Part shown: piece after piece, positions 10,403 to 20,363 of the stretch | Layout of the letters: every line of letters starts with the position of its first letter | Numbering within the stretch: position 1 is the first letter of the stretch | Program-made: the position numbers and the translations under genes | Assembly: GCA_963781585.1 (NCBI GenBank) | Contig: CAWAGQ010000008.1 | Location: forward strand, 160,001-224,000 | Length of the DNA: 64,000 nucleotides | DNA from: an uncultured Gemmatimonadaceae bacterium | Lineage (GTDB): Bacteria; Gemmatimonadota; Gemmatimonadetes; Gemmatimonadales; Gemmatimonadaceae | Direction of reading: 5' to 3' | The notes under the pieces: generated by a model | The model's input: only the letters and a program-made list of their open reading frames with translations | Databases searched by the model: none | What the model was told of the DNA's origin: nothing

Positions 10403-11772
10403 TTCCTTCAGGCCACAGTCCGCAGGCCACAGGTCAGCGCGCTTGGGGCTCGATGCTACTGGCCGGATTCGTGGTCGCTCTGGTCAGCAGGCTGGCTCTG
10501 GCGCAGGGTCCGGTCGTCATCCGCAACGCCACCGTGATCCCGGTCTCCGGTCCGCGGATGCAGAACGCATCGGTAGTGATGCAGGACGGGAAGATCGCGG
10601 CGGTCGGGGCGAACGTGCAGGTGCCGGCCGGCGCACAGGTCATCGACGCCACCGGGATGTTCGTCTATCCGGGCCTGATCAACGCCGGCACCAATCTGGG
10701 ACTGGTGGAGATCGGCGGGGTGCCGGGCCCGGTCGACACGCGCGAACTGGGCGACTTCAATCCGCAGGACGTGGTCATGACGGCGGTGAACGCGCAGTCG
10801 GAGCACATCGCCATCACCCGGGCGAACGGCATCACCAGCGCGGTCACGGTGGCCGGCGGATCGGTCATGTCGGGACTCGCCGCCCTGATCAACCTGTACG
10901 GGTACACGAACCGCGACATGATCGCGAAGGAGAAGCTGGCGCTCCTCCTCTCGTGGCCTAACGCGGGCGGCGGAGGGGGGCGCGGACGGGGCGGGGGGGG
11001 AGGCCGGTTCGGGGGCCTGGGGGGCGGCGGGAGCGCGGCCGAGCGAATGGCCGCCTACCAGCGTCAGGTGCGCCAGATCTACGACTGGTTCGGTGATGCC
11101 AAAGCGTATGCCGACGTGAAGTCGCGCATGACCGCCAACGGGGCGCAGCTGCCGATCTCGTTCCACGAGAACCTGAAGTACGATGCCATGACACCGGCGA
11201 TCCGTGGCCAGATGCCGGTGCTGGTGGATGCCAACACCGTCGAGCAGATGCGGGACGTGATCCGGTTCGCGGACAGCCTGAACGTAAAGGTCGTCATCCA
11301 CGGCGCGCGCGAAGGGTGGAAGTATGCGGACACGCTGGCCATGAAGCACATTCCGGTGGTCGTGCCGCCGCTCACCTCCGAACCGCCGAGCGACGATCCC
11401 TACGACGAGGTGTACGCCAATCCGGGCGTGATGGCCAAGGCCGGGGTGATGCTCGCCTTCGAGACCGGCGGTGCGTCGAGCGCGCGGGACCTGCCCTACG
11501 AAGTGGGGCTCGCAGAAGCGTACGGACTCGACCCGGAAGAAGCGCTGAGGGGGATCACCATCAACCCGGCGAAGATGTTCGGTGTGGACAACGAGTACGG
11601 ATCGATCGAGGTCGGGAAAGTGGCGAACGTCATCGTGACCACGGGCGATCCGATCGATATCCGCTCGCTGATCAAGGAGATCTTCATTCGAGGGGAGCGT
11701 ATGAAGTTCGATGACCGGCATACGCTGGAATACGAGAAGTTCCGGGCGCGGCCGAAGCCGAAGAAGCCGTAA
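10399..11772 (+). CDS. Secreted amidohydrolase-family protein lacking metal ligands (triad subunit 3)
   Basis: VVIRNATV...YPGLINAGTNLG (no HxH) and GSIEVGKVANV; ATGA overlap at 10399-10402. Confidence 0.8.
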   Translation: MIPSGHSPQATGQRAWGSMLLAGFVVALVSRLALAQGPVVIRNATVIPVSGPRMQNASVVMQDGKIAAVGANVQVPAGAQVIDATGMFVYPGLINAGTNLGLVEIGGVPGPVDTRELGDFNPQDVVMTAVNAQSEHIAITRANGITSAVTVAGGSVMSGLAALINLYGYTNRDMIAKEKLALLLSWPNAGGGGGRGRGGGGGRFGGLGGGGSAAERMAAYQRQVRQIYDWFGDAKAYADVKSRMTANGAQLPISFHENLKYDAMTPAIRGQMPVLVDANTVEQMRDVIRFADSLNVKVVIHGAREGWKYADTLAMKHIPVVVPPLTSEPPSDDPYDEVYANPGVMAKAGVMLAFETGGASSARDLPYEVGLAEAYGLDPEEALRGITINPAKMFGVDNEYGSIEVGKVANVIVTTGDPIDIRSLIKEIFIRGERMKFDDRHTLEYEKFRARPKPKKP

Positions 11773-11819
11773 CCGCAGAGGTGGCGCTCGAAGCGCCGAA
11801 CAAGGGTTGTTTTCGCACT

Positions 11820-11860
11820 CGAAGGCCCACCGGTTCGCACGGCGAATCGGAGGGCCTTCG
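11820..11860 (+). terminator. Hairpin after the amidohydrolase operon, probable terminator
   Basis: cgaaggccc-a-ccggttcgc-acg-gcgaatcgg-a-gggccttcg. Confidence 0.55.
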
Positions 11861-12042
11861 TGTGTATCCGCGGCTGACGCCCGCTCCTCGTGGATCGCAG
11901 AGAACCCTGCCAACCGCGCCACCGGACCCCCCTTCCCTGAGACGTGTCCTCCGCCAACTTCCCTGAATCCCGGAGCCGCACGAGGCTGCTGTTGCCGCAG
12001 CCCGGTCGTCTTTCGCCATCCCGAATTACCGTGGAGCACGGA

Positions 12043-15000
12043 ATGACTCGCCTGACCGCCTCCATCCGCCAATCCGCCATCACGGTGGCATTCCTCCCTG
12101 CGGTTCTCCTCGCACAGGGCAGACCACGTCCCGCGTCGTCACCGGCCACCAGACCGGCTGCGGATTCCACGCCCGCGTACAAAGGACCGTTCACCAGCGA
12201 CGTCTTCGCGGGCCTGCACGCGCGATCGATCGGGCCTGCGGTGACTTCGGGACGGATCATGTCCGTTGCCGTGCATCCCACGAATCACGCCATCATCTAC
12301 GTCGGATCGGCGAGCGGCGGCGTGTGGAAGACGGTGAACGGCGGTGCGAGCTGGCAGCCGCTCTTCGACCATCAGGGCTCGTACTCCATCGGCTGGGTCA
12401 CGCTCGATCCCACCAACCCGAATGTGGTCTGGGTCGGCACTGGAGAGGGCGACTCGCAGCGCTCGGTGAGCTACGGCGACGGCGTCTACAAGAGCGAAGA
12501 CGGCGGGAAGACCTGGAAGAACATGGGGCTGAAAGAGAGTGAGCACATCAGCCGGATCGCCGTCAACCCGAAAGATCCGAACATCGTCTACGTCGCCGCG
12601 CAGGGACCGCTGTGGGGACCGGGGGGCGACCGCGGCCTCTACAAGACCACCGACGGCGGAAAGACGTGGGAGCAGGTGCTCAAGATCAGCGAGAACACCG
12701 GCGTCAGCGACGTCGTCCTCGACCCACGCAATCCCGACATCGTTCTCGCCACCGCCTATCAGCGACGCCGCCATCAGTGGACGATGGTAGACGGCGGCCC
12801 CGAAAGCTCGGTCCAGCGGTCCACCGACGGCGGCAAGACCTGGACCAAACTGAGTGGCTTCCCTAACGAGGAGCTGGGCCGGATCGGCCTCGCCATCTCG
12901 CCGGTGAATCCGGACGTCGTGTATGCGATTGTGGAAGCGGCCAACGACAAGGGTGGCATCTACCGTTCCGCCGACAACGGTGTCACCTGGGAGCGCCGCT
13001 CGGACTACAACCAGGGCGCCATGTACTACGGCTCCATCTTCGCCGACCCGTTCGACGTGGACCGCATCTATATAATGGATGTGGTCATCCAGATCTCCGA
13101 CGACGGCGGCCGGACCCTGCACTCCATCGGCAGCCGCTACATGCACGTGGACATGCACGTCATCTGGGTCGATCCCACCAACCGCGACCACTATCTGGTT
13201 GGCAATGACGGCGGCCTCTATCAGTCGTGGGACGGCGCCGCGACCTGGACGTTCTTCGCCAATCTTCCGGTCACGCAGTTCTACGATGTGGACGTGGACA
13301 GCGACGTGCCGTTCTACCACGTCATGGGCGGCACCCAGGACAACTACTCGCTGCGCGGGCCCGCGCGCACACGTTCCGGTCACGGGATCCTCAACCAGGA
13401 CTGGATGGTGACCCAGGGTGGCGACGGATTCACCTCGCACCCCGATCCGAAGGAGCCCAACATCGTCTACGCCGAATCCCAGAATGGCGGGATCGCGCGC
13501 AACGATCTGCGCACCGGTGAGCGCCTGGGCGTGCAGCCGCGCGAGGACCGGGGCGATCCGGCAGCCCGCTGGAACTGGGACGCTCCGTTCATTGTCTCGT
13601 CGCACAACAACAACCGCCTGTACATGGGATCGCAATTCCTGTATCGCAGCGACGATCGCGCGGCCAGCTGGAAGAAGATTTCTCCCGACCTGACGCGGAA
13701 GATCGACGTCAACACCCTTCCCCTCATGGGAAAGCTCTGGGGTCCCGACGCGGTGGCCAAGAACACGTCCACCGCGCTGTATTCAAACATCTCCGCGGTC
13801 GCCGAATCACCGAAGAACGAACGGCTCCTCTACGTCGGAACCGACGATGGGCTGATCGAGGTGACCGAGGACGGCGGCACCACCTGGCGCAAGGTCGAGA
13901 ACTTTCCGGGCGTTACCAGCGACCGGCCGTACGTGAGCCGGATCAAGGCGAGTGTGAACGACGAACGTTCGGTCTACACCACGCTCGAGAACCACCAGAG
14001 CGCCGACTTCGCTCCCTACGTGTTCAAGAGCACCGACGCCGGCCGTACGTGGACGTCCATTGTCGGAGACCTGCCGAAGAAGGGCTCGGTGTATGCGTTC
14101 GCCGAGGACCATGTCGATCCGTCGCTGCTGTTCGTGGGAACCGAGTCCGGCGCGTACTTCACCAAAGACGGCGGTTCGCATTGGGTGAAGATCGCGGGAC
14201 TGCCGACGATCGCGGTGCGTGACCTGGCCATTCAGCGGGAGGAGAACGATCTGGCGATGGCCACCTTCGGCCGGGGCTTCTACGTCCTCGATGACTACTC
14301 GCCGCTGCGCGCGACAACCGCCGCGACCGTGGCCAACGCCGCGACGCTCTATCCGGTCCGCGACGCGATGTTGTACGTCCAGACGCAGCAGTATGGAGGC
14401 GGCGGGAATGCCTTCCAGGGCGAGGCGTTGTACTCAGCGAACAATCCACCGTACGGGGCGGAAATCACCTGGTATATGAAGGATGGACTGAAGACCCTCA
14501 AGGAGAAGCGTGTCGAGGCGGAGAAGGCGGCCGAGAAGGCCGGAAAGCCTATTCAGTATCCGACGGCGGACCAGCTGCGGGCAGAGGAGGAGGAAGAAGC
14601 GCCGGCCGTGCTGGTGACGATCGCGGACGCGTCGGGCAAGGAGATCCGCACCATGACCGGACCGGTTGGCAAGGGAATGCAGCGGGTATCGTGGGATCTT
14701 CGCGGGACCGGCGCGAGCATCCCGCTAGGCGGTGGCAGCGGCGGACGGGGAGGTGGGGGAGGTGGCGGCGGGGGCGGAGGCGGAGGACGCGGTGGTGGCC
14801 CCCCGGGCCCGTACGTGGTACCGGGGACGTACAGCGCCACCCTCTCGACGCGCGTGCAAGGAGTGGAGAAGCAGATCGCCGGACCGGTGACGTTCAACGT
14901 CGTCGGTGATCCGGCAAACCCTGTCACCATCGCGGACCAGCAGTCACGGTGGGAGTTTCAGCACAAGGCAACGGTGCTGGGGCGTCAGGTCAACGCGGCG

Positions 15001-15402
15001 CTCGATGTGGCCACTCTGAACAGTACGAAGCTCGACCAGATGCGCCGTGCCCTCGACGCCACGCCGAACGCACCAAAGGCGCTGCGCGACCAGGTGGTGG
15101 GGTACGACAAACGGCTCTCGGCGATTCTGTTCGCGCTGCGCGGGGACGTGGTGCTGGGAGCACGGAGCGACCCCGATCCGATGTCGATCCAGCAGCGGGC
15201 CGGGGCGGCCGGCGCGTTCGGTTCCTGGTTAGGCAGGCCGACCGGGGCGATGGAGGAGCAGTACGCGATCGCAACCGAACTGTTCGGGGCGCAGCTGCCG
15301 AAACTCAAGCAACTCGTAGAGACGGACATTCCAGCGCTCGAGCGCGAGCTCGAACGGATCGGAGCGCCGTACACGAGCGGGAGGCTGCCGGGCCCGCCGT
15401 AG
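12043..15402 (+). CDS. Secreted BNR/Asp-box (sortilin/VPS10-like) beta-propeller protein, putative glycosyl hydrolase
   Basis: ARSIGPAVTSGRI, repeated TxDGGKTW boxes, and a signal peptide; paralog of 1542-4730. Confidence 0.87.
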   Translation: MTRLTASIRQSAITVAFLPAVLLAQGRPRPASSPATRPAADSTPAYKGPFTSDVFAGLHARSIGPAVTSGRIMSVAVHPTNHAIIYVGSASGGVWKTVNGGASWQPLFDHQGSYSIGWVTLDPTNPNVVWVGTGEGDSQRSVSYGDGVYKSEDGGKTWKNMGLKESEHISRIAVNPKDPNIVYVAAQGPLWGPGGDRGLYKTTDGGKTWEQVLKISENTGVSDVVLDPRNPDIVLATAYQRRRHQWTMVDGGPESSVQRSTDGGKTWTKLSGFPNEELGRIGLAISPVNPDVVYAIVEAANDKGGIYRSADNGVTWERRSDYNQGAMYYGSIFADPFDVDRIYIMDVVIQISDDGGRTLHSIGSRYMHVDMHVIWVDPTNRDHYLVGNDGGLYQSWDGAATWTFFANLPVTQFYDVDVDSDVPFYHVMGGTQDNYSLRGPARTRSGHGILNQDWMVTQGGDGFTSHPDPKEPNIVYAESQNGGIARNDLRTGERLGVQPREDRGDPAARWNWDAPFIVSSHNNNRLYMGSQFLYRSDDRAASWKKISPDLTRKIDVNTLPLMGKLWGPDAVAKNTSTALYSNISAVAESPKNERLLYVGTDDGLIEVTEDGGTTWRKVENFPGVTSDRPYVSRIKASVNDERSVYTTLENHQSADFAPYVFKSTDAGRTWTSIVGDLPKKGSVYAFAEDHVDPSLLFVGTESGAYFTKDGGSHWVKIAGLPTIAVRDLAIQREENDLAMATFGRGFYVLDDYSPLRATTAATVANAATLYPVRDAMLYVQTQQYGGGGNAFQGEALYSANNPPYGAEITWYMKDGLKTLKEKRVEAEKAAEKAGKPIQYPTADQLRAEEEEEAPAVLVTIADASGKEIRTMTGPVGKGMQRVSWDLRGTGASIPLGGGSGGRGGGGGGGGGGGGGRGGGPPGPYVVPGTYSATLSTRVQGVEKQIAGPVTFNVVGDPANPVTIADQQSRWEFQHKATVLGRQVNAALDVATLNSTKLDQMRRALDATPNAPKALRDQVVGYDKRLSAILFALRGDVVLGARSDPDPMSIQQRAGAAGAFGSWLGRPTGAMEEQYAIATELFGAQLPKLKQLVETDIPALERELERIGAPYTSGRLPGPP

Positions 15403-15650
15403 CCTGGTCACGAAGTCGTGGTGATAGTCGTCCGGCACGCGCGCCACTCACCCGTCCGGCGCCGCGACCTCTCCTCGCCACGGCTGGGTCCCCAGCCGGG
15501 AACGACGGCATGGGGTTCAGTTCGGTCGCCTTGCCGATCGGACCGAACCGCCCTAGCATGGATTCGCAGCGTTGCGCGTGAACCGGGGTAGCAGCTGATC
15601 ACGCCGTACCCAGGTCCGACGCCGCGACAACGTCCTCTGGGACCGATATC

Positions 15651-16118
15651 ATGTTCAACCTCTCGCGCTGGCGACCACGGCATCTGGTTCTCGCGTGGAG
15701 CGCCTACTGGGTATCGCTCGGACTGATCACGCTCGGCCCGGCCCTCGCTGCGATCCTGCGGATGACTGCGCCCGGCGGCAAGGGCAGCGTCAACGGAAGC
15801 ATTACGGATGGCGTGTTCAGCCTGAGTGTTTTGCGTGACGGCGTGAATCTCTGGAACGGCTCGGCAGGTTTGCTCTCGATCGCGGCCTGGGTTGCCGGCC
15901 CACCGATCGCCCTCTTCCTCCTCTGGCTTGCCCGGCGGCCATCCCCAGGCGGGGCCTTGTTGCACGCTGACGTGGAGCAGGTCAACGCCGCCGAGCCAGG
16001 CAGCCCGGCGGCGGGACTCCTGAAAGAACCGACGCCCGGAGTCGCGGGGTTGAGGCGTCCCCGCGAGCGTGCGGCTCCGGACCAGGGCACCGGCGGGCGG
16101 CACGTCACACCGCTGTAG
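15651..16118 (+). CDS. Hypothetical membrane protein (two hydrophobic segments)
   Basis: LVLAWSAYWVSLGLITLGPALAAIL and LLSIAAWVAGPPIALFLLWLA; fills the gap between flanking genes. Confidence 0.6.
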   Translation: MFNLSRWRPRHLVLAWSAYWVSLGLITLGPALAAILRMTAPGGKGSVNGSITDGVFSLSVLRDGVNLWNGSAGLLSIAAWVAGPPIALFLLWLARRPSPGGALLHADVEQVNAAEPGSPAAGLLKEPTPGVAGLRRPRERAAPDQGTGGRHVTPL

Positions 16119-16370
16119 CGTTAGGCCGGTGACCCCGCGGACCTGTCGCGGTCAGCAGGGGCGGAGGCATCCCGCTTCTGCCGTATCACCGGCGGCCCCG
16201 ACGATTGAGCGCCTGACTATTGACGAGTCCGCCCGGGCGCACGCATCATCTCGTGCCGAGCCGTTTGATCCGCGCTCCGGATCACTCCGCCGCTGCATGA
16301 TCGCCGGCCCGGTGGAAGGCCGGTGCAGCCTGTCGGCGCCGTCTTCACTCACACACCGATCCTCGAAACG

Positions 16371-18137
16371 ATGAAGCGCATCCCGATTCTTCCGCTCGCG
16401 TTAGGTCTCTGCGGCGTGCTCCTTGCGCGCGCTCCACTCGCCGCTCAGAACCCCCGGCGCACGGCCACTCCCCGGTCGGCGGCGGCGCCGGCGTTCTCGG
16501 TCGTGGAGGCGACCATCGCCGACATGCGGACGGCGCTCGCGCAGAAGCGAACCACGTCGCACGAGATCGTCGTGCAGTCGCTCACGCGCATCGCGCTGTA
16601 CGAGGACCGGCTGCACGCGGTGATCACCGTGAATCCGAGGGCGCTCGCGATCGCCGACTCGCTCGACCGTCTGCGCGCTGCCGGGCGGATTGTCGGTCCT
16701 TTGCATGGCATCCCGGTCGCACTCAAGGACAACATCCAGACCACGGATATGCCCACCACTGGCGGCGCGCTGGCCTTCGACGGCCTGGTGCCGCCCTACG
16801 AAGCCACCCTGGCGAGGAACCTCGAAGCGGCAGGTGCCATCATCCTCGCCAAGACGCAGCTCACCGAGCTCGCCAACTGGGTGGCGAGCGGCATGCCGGG
16901 GAACTACAACGCGCTCAACGGCTACGGGATGAACCCCTGGGACCCGCGGCGCGACCCACGTCCCAACTCCTTCGACGGACGTCCGGTGCTCTCGACCGGG
17001 GGCTCGAGCTCGGGGGTGGGCACGAACGTGAGCTTCTGGGCGGCGAACGTCGGCACCGAGACCTCGGGCTCGATCCTCAGTCCTTCGAATCAGAACATGC
17101 TCGTGGGCATCAAGCCCACGGTGGGCCGCGTGAGTCGCTACGGCGTCATTCCCATCACCGCCGATCAGGACACGCCGGGACCGATGGCCCGCACGGTCTC
17201 CGACGCGGCGATCATGCTCGGAGCCCTCGAAGGTGCCCAGCCGGATCCTAACGATCCTGCAACCACCAGGTGCCCTCCGCCCGCCGGCCGGGACTACACG
17301 CGATTCCTCAACGCGAAGGGGCTGCAGGGCGCGCGCATCGGGATTCCCCGGGCGTTCTTCTACGAGCGCACGCCGGTGCCGGGGAGCACCAACCCGCGCG
17401 GCGGGCTGAACGACGCGCAGCGGAAGATCATGGACGATGCGATCGCCGCCCTGAAGGCGCAGGGCGCGGTCATTGTGGATCCGGCCGACATCCCGAGCGT
17501 GGTCGACACGAACGCGACCGGCAACTTCCTCAACTGGAACCCGTGCAGCGGGCTGGGAGAGGGCAAGGGGCTCGACGCCGACTGCTCGATCGCCTTCAAG
17601 TACGGAATGAAGCGCGATTTCAACGCCTGGCTCAGATCGTTAGGCGACCGGGCGCCGGTCAGCACCCTGACCGAGCTCCGGGAGTGGAATATCGCGCACC
17701 AGCGGGCCGGCGCCATCAAGTACGGTCAGGCGGAGCTCGACATCTCGGATGAGATGAACGTCCAGGCGGATCGCGAGCGGTACGAAGCCGACCGGCGCAA
17801 GGACATCCTCCTCTCGGCCACCAACGGCATCGACGCCGCGCTCAAGGCCAACCGGCTGGACGCCCTGCTCTTCCCCGGTGTGAGCAGCGCCAACATCGGC
17901 GCACGCCCGGGTTATCCCACCGTCACGGTGCCGTTCGGCTTCGTGCCCGTGGGGGCAGGCGCCGGGACCGGGCGTGGTGGTGGCGGTGCCGCGTTCCCGC
18001 CCGGTTTCGACCCCAAGCCGTCCCCGTTCAACGTGAGCTTCACCGGGACCGCGTGCAGCGAACCGAAGCTGATCGAGATCGCCTACGCGTTCGAGCAGGC
18101 GACGAAGAAGCGGATGGCGCCACCCGAGTTTCCCTGA
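16371..18137 (+). CDS. Amidase signature family protein, secreted
   Basis: GPLHGIPVALKDNI, TGGSSSG, GTETSGSILSPS, GIKPTVGRVSR; signal peptide. Confidence 0.92.
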   Translation: MKRIPILPLALGLCGVLLARAPLAAQNPRRTATPRSAAAPAFSVVEATIADMRTALAQKRTTSHEIVVQSLTRIALYEDRLHAVITVNPRALAIADSLDRLRAAGRIVGPLHGIPVALKDNIQTTDMPTTGGALAFDGLVPPYEATLARNLEAAGAIILAKTQLTELANWVASGMPGNYNALNGYGMNPWDPRRDPRPNSFDGRPVLSTGGSSSGVGTNVSFWAANVGTETSGSILSPSNQNMLVGIKPTVGRVSRYGVIPITADQDTPGPMARTVSDAAIMLGALEGAQPDPNDPATTRCPPPAGRDYTRFLNAKGLQGARIGIPRAFFYERTPVPGSTNPRGGLNDAQRKIMDDAIAALKAQGAVIVDPADIPSVVDTNATGNFLNWNPCSGLGEGKGLDADCSIAFKYGMKRDFNAWLRSLGDRAPVSTLTELREWNIAHQRAGAIKYGQAELDISDEMNVQADRERYEADRRKDILLSATNGIDAALKANRLDALLFPGVSSANIGARPGYPTVTVPFGFVPVGAGAGTGRGGGGAAFPPGFDPKPSPFNVSFTGTACSEPKLIEIAYAFEQATKKRMAPPEFP

Positions 18138-18209
18138 GACCGCGAGCATGGTAACATGCGGTCCACGAGACGGCTTGCGCCGTCCAAAAAACCATGGGAG
18201 GTATCCCTC

Positions 18210-18377
18210 ATGTCGAAGAGACGAAAGGCGAACATACCGCAGTTCGGCAGGTCGCGGACGCCCGGTGGTCCCGTCAAACCGGGACAGGCCATCGCTCCGC
18301 ACCCCGCGAAACCGCCTGTTCCTCAAGTCAAGCCTCACTCCAATCCGGTGAAGTCGTCGGGTCACCGCGGCGCGTAG
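18210..18377 (+). CDS. Small basic Pro/Lys-rich protein (55 aa)
   Basis: GGGAGG RBS 8 nt before ATG; MSKRRKANIPQFGRSRTPGGPVKPGQAIAPHPAKPPVPQVKPHSNPVKSSGHRGA. Confidence 0.55.
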   Translation: MSKRRKANIPQFGRSRTPGGPVKPGQAIAPHPAKPPVPQVKPHSNPVKSSGHRGA

Positions 18378-18517
18378 GACCAGCCGCGCGTCGCGCGGTG
18401 GCTCACGCCGGGGAGCGCAGACGACGGGAGCCTGGCAGGCCGTGGGCGCCCGTGCCGGTCTCCCGGTGGGGATCGCGCCCGACCAGGGACCGGAGTCCGG
18501 CAGCGAGCCTGCGGCGG

Positions 18518-19189
18518 GTGTGGGCGCTGGCGCTCCTGTTCGTTCCCGGCTGCGTGCACACCGTCAGGACTGACGAGCCTGGCGCCAATCCGGATCGTCT
18601 GGCACTGCTGCTCGATCCGTCCGATCCGGAGTGGCGCAGTCCCGCACCGGCGGTCTCACACCTGCGCTTCGAGACGTCAAGAGGCGTCTTCGTACTTGAG
18701 CTGATTCGCGCGTGGGGGCCGATCGGCGCCGATCGCCTCTACAACCTGGCACGCCTCGGCTACTACGACGATACACGGTTCCACCGCGTCCGGGCACACT
18801 ACATCGCGCAATTCGGACTGCACGGCAATCCCGCCGTGAACGCAGCGTGGAGGGATCAATATCTCCCGGACGACCCACCGAGATCGGACAACCAACGGGG
18901 CACGTTTGCCTTCGCCTACAAGGCGGAGCCCAACACACGGAACACCCAGATCTACATCAACCTTGCCGATAATGCGCGCAACGACGCGGAGCCCTTCACC
19001 GTCCTCGGCACGGTGGTCGAAGGGATGGCGGTGGTCGACAGCCTCTACGCGGGATACGGCGAGAATTCCGGCAGCGGGATGCGCCAGGGACGTCAGGGGC
19101 CGCTTGCCGATGGCGGTAACGCCTACATGGACCGCGAGTTCCCCTTGCTCGATCGCATCCTGCGCGTCACGGTGACGGCGGTGCGGTAG
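18518..19189 (+). CDS. Cyclophilin-type peptidyl-prolyl cis-trans isomerase, probable lipoprotein (start uncertain)
   Basis: FETSRGVFVLEL, YYDDTRFHRV, IAQFG, RGTFAFA, RNTQIYINL; lipobox-like LFVPGC. Confidence 0.85.
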   Translation: MWALALLFVPGCVHTVRTDEPGANPDRLALLLDPSDPEWRSPAPAVSHLRFETSRGVFVLELIRAWGPIGADRLYNLARLGYYDDTRFHRVRAHYIAQFGLHGNPAVNAAWRDQYLPDDPPRSDNQRGTFAFAYKAEPNTRNTQIYINLADNARNDAEPFTVLGTVVEGMAVVDSLYAGYGENSGSGMRQGRQGPLADGGNAYMDREFPLLDRILRVTVTAVR

Positions 19190-20363
19190 CTGTTGTCACG
19201 CGCCGGAACACATCCCGCAGCCAATCCACGTGGTGCGTCAAATCGTGCCGGGCCAGAACGGCCTTGCTGTACTCGTCAGGCACCCCTGCCTTCAGCTGGC
19301 GCCCGGTGGCCACGTCGACGAGGCACCCCGCCAGCGCGCCGGCATCGCCATTGGGAAAGAGTAGCCCGGTCACACCATTCTCTACGCTCCCGGCCAACCC
19401 CCCTGTCGCACTCGCGATCACCGGCACTCCGCGTACGATCGCCTCGAGGGCATTGAGGCCGAGCGGCTCCGCCCAGCGCGACGGCGCAACGAGCGCCCAG
19501 GCGTCGGCCATCCGCCCTTCGACCTGCTCGAAGGGAACCCACCCGGTGAACTCGACCGCGTCGCCCAGAGCGAGTGCCGCCGCCGTCTGCTCCAGCGACG
19601 ATCGGAGGGGGCCATCGCCCACCACGCGCAGGCGAATTCCCGGCATCTGCCCGCGCGCGAGCGACAGTGCGTGCAAGAGCGTTCCCACCCCTTTCTCCCG
19701 CGCCAGTCGTCCCGTGAACACAAACAGCGGATCCTGAGAGGGGGCGCGGCGGAAGGTCGCCGCCGGTGGCGCGATCGGCATCGGCGACCAGCTCGACGCG
19801 ATGCCGGCATCGGCCAGCGCACGTTGCATCCACCCGCTGCAGGTGACGACGGCTGCCGCCCGGTGCACTGCATGGCGGATGCGCGCATAACGAGGGCGGT
19901 CGCGCAGCCAGTGCGCCAGGGGAAAACATCCGCCACGCCAGCACACGAGACCGGCCGGTGACGTGCAGAGCGAGTCGTCAGGCAGGAGCTTGAGCCCGTT
20001 CGGACAGATCGGTTTGTAGTACAGGATGCTGTGCACCATGGGCACGGCGCCGACGGCGGCCACCACCGACGGCGACAGGTGCATCTCGAACATGGTCACG
20101 TGTACCACATCGGGCCTGAAGGCGGCCACCGCGCGGCGCATCGTGCGGGCCGCTGCCGGATTCACGATCTGGAGCACGCTCTGAAACACCGGACTGCGCG
20201 ATCCGGCGGCGACGTAATCGGCAACCGCCGCGCCACTCCCGACGCTGCTGGTGAGCAAGCGCACCTCCTCGCCTGCGGCTTCCAACCCTCGCATCAGGAG
20301 CGTCAGGTACGTCTCCACTCCCCCTCCCTCACCGCCCCAGTCGGTCACGAACAGAATCCGCAT
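19167..20363 (-). CDS. Glycosyltransferase family 4 (GT-B fold)
   Basis: MRILFV..GGVETY, FTGRLAREKG, PSRWAEPLGLNALEA, VENGVTGLLF. Confidence 0.92.
   Translation of the reverse strand: MRILFVTDWGGEGGGVETYLTLLMRGLEAAGEEVRLLTSSVGSGAAVADYVAAGSRSPVFQSVLQIVNPAAARTMRRAVAAFRPDVVHVTMFEMHLSPSVVAAVGAVPMVHSILYYKPICPNGLKLLPDDSLCTSPAGLVCWRGGCFPLAHWLRDRPRYARIRHAVHRAAAVVTCSGWMQRALADAGIASSWSPMPIAPPAATFRRAPSQDPLFVFTGRLAREKGVGTLLHALSLARGQMPGIRLRVVGDGPLRSSLEQTAAALALGDAVEFTGWVPFEQVEGRMADAWALVAPSRWAEPLGLNALEAIVRGVPVIASATGGLAGSVENGVTGLLFPNGDAGALAGCLVDVATGRQLKAGVPDEYSKAVLARHDLTHHVDWLRDVFRRVTTATAPPSP

Noticed and set aside
10456..13635. Long antisense ORFs (538 aa and 498 aa) and similar ones elsewhere
   Set aside because: Shadow ORFs expected opposite real genes in high-GC DNA.
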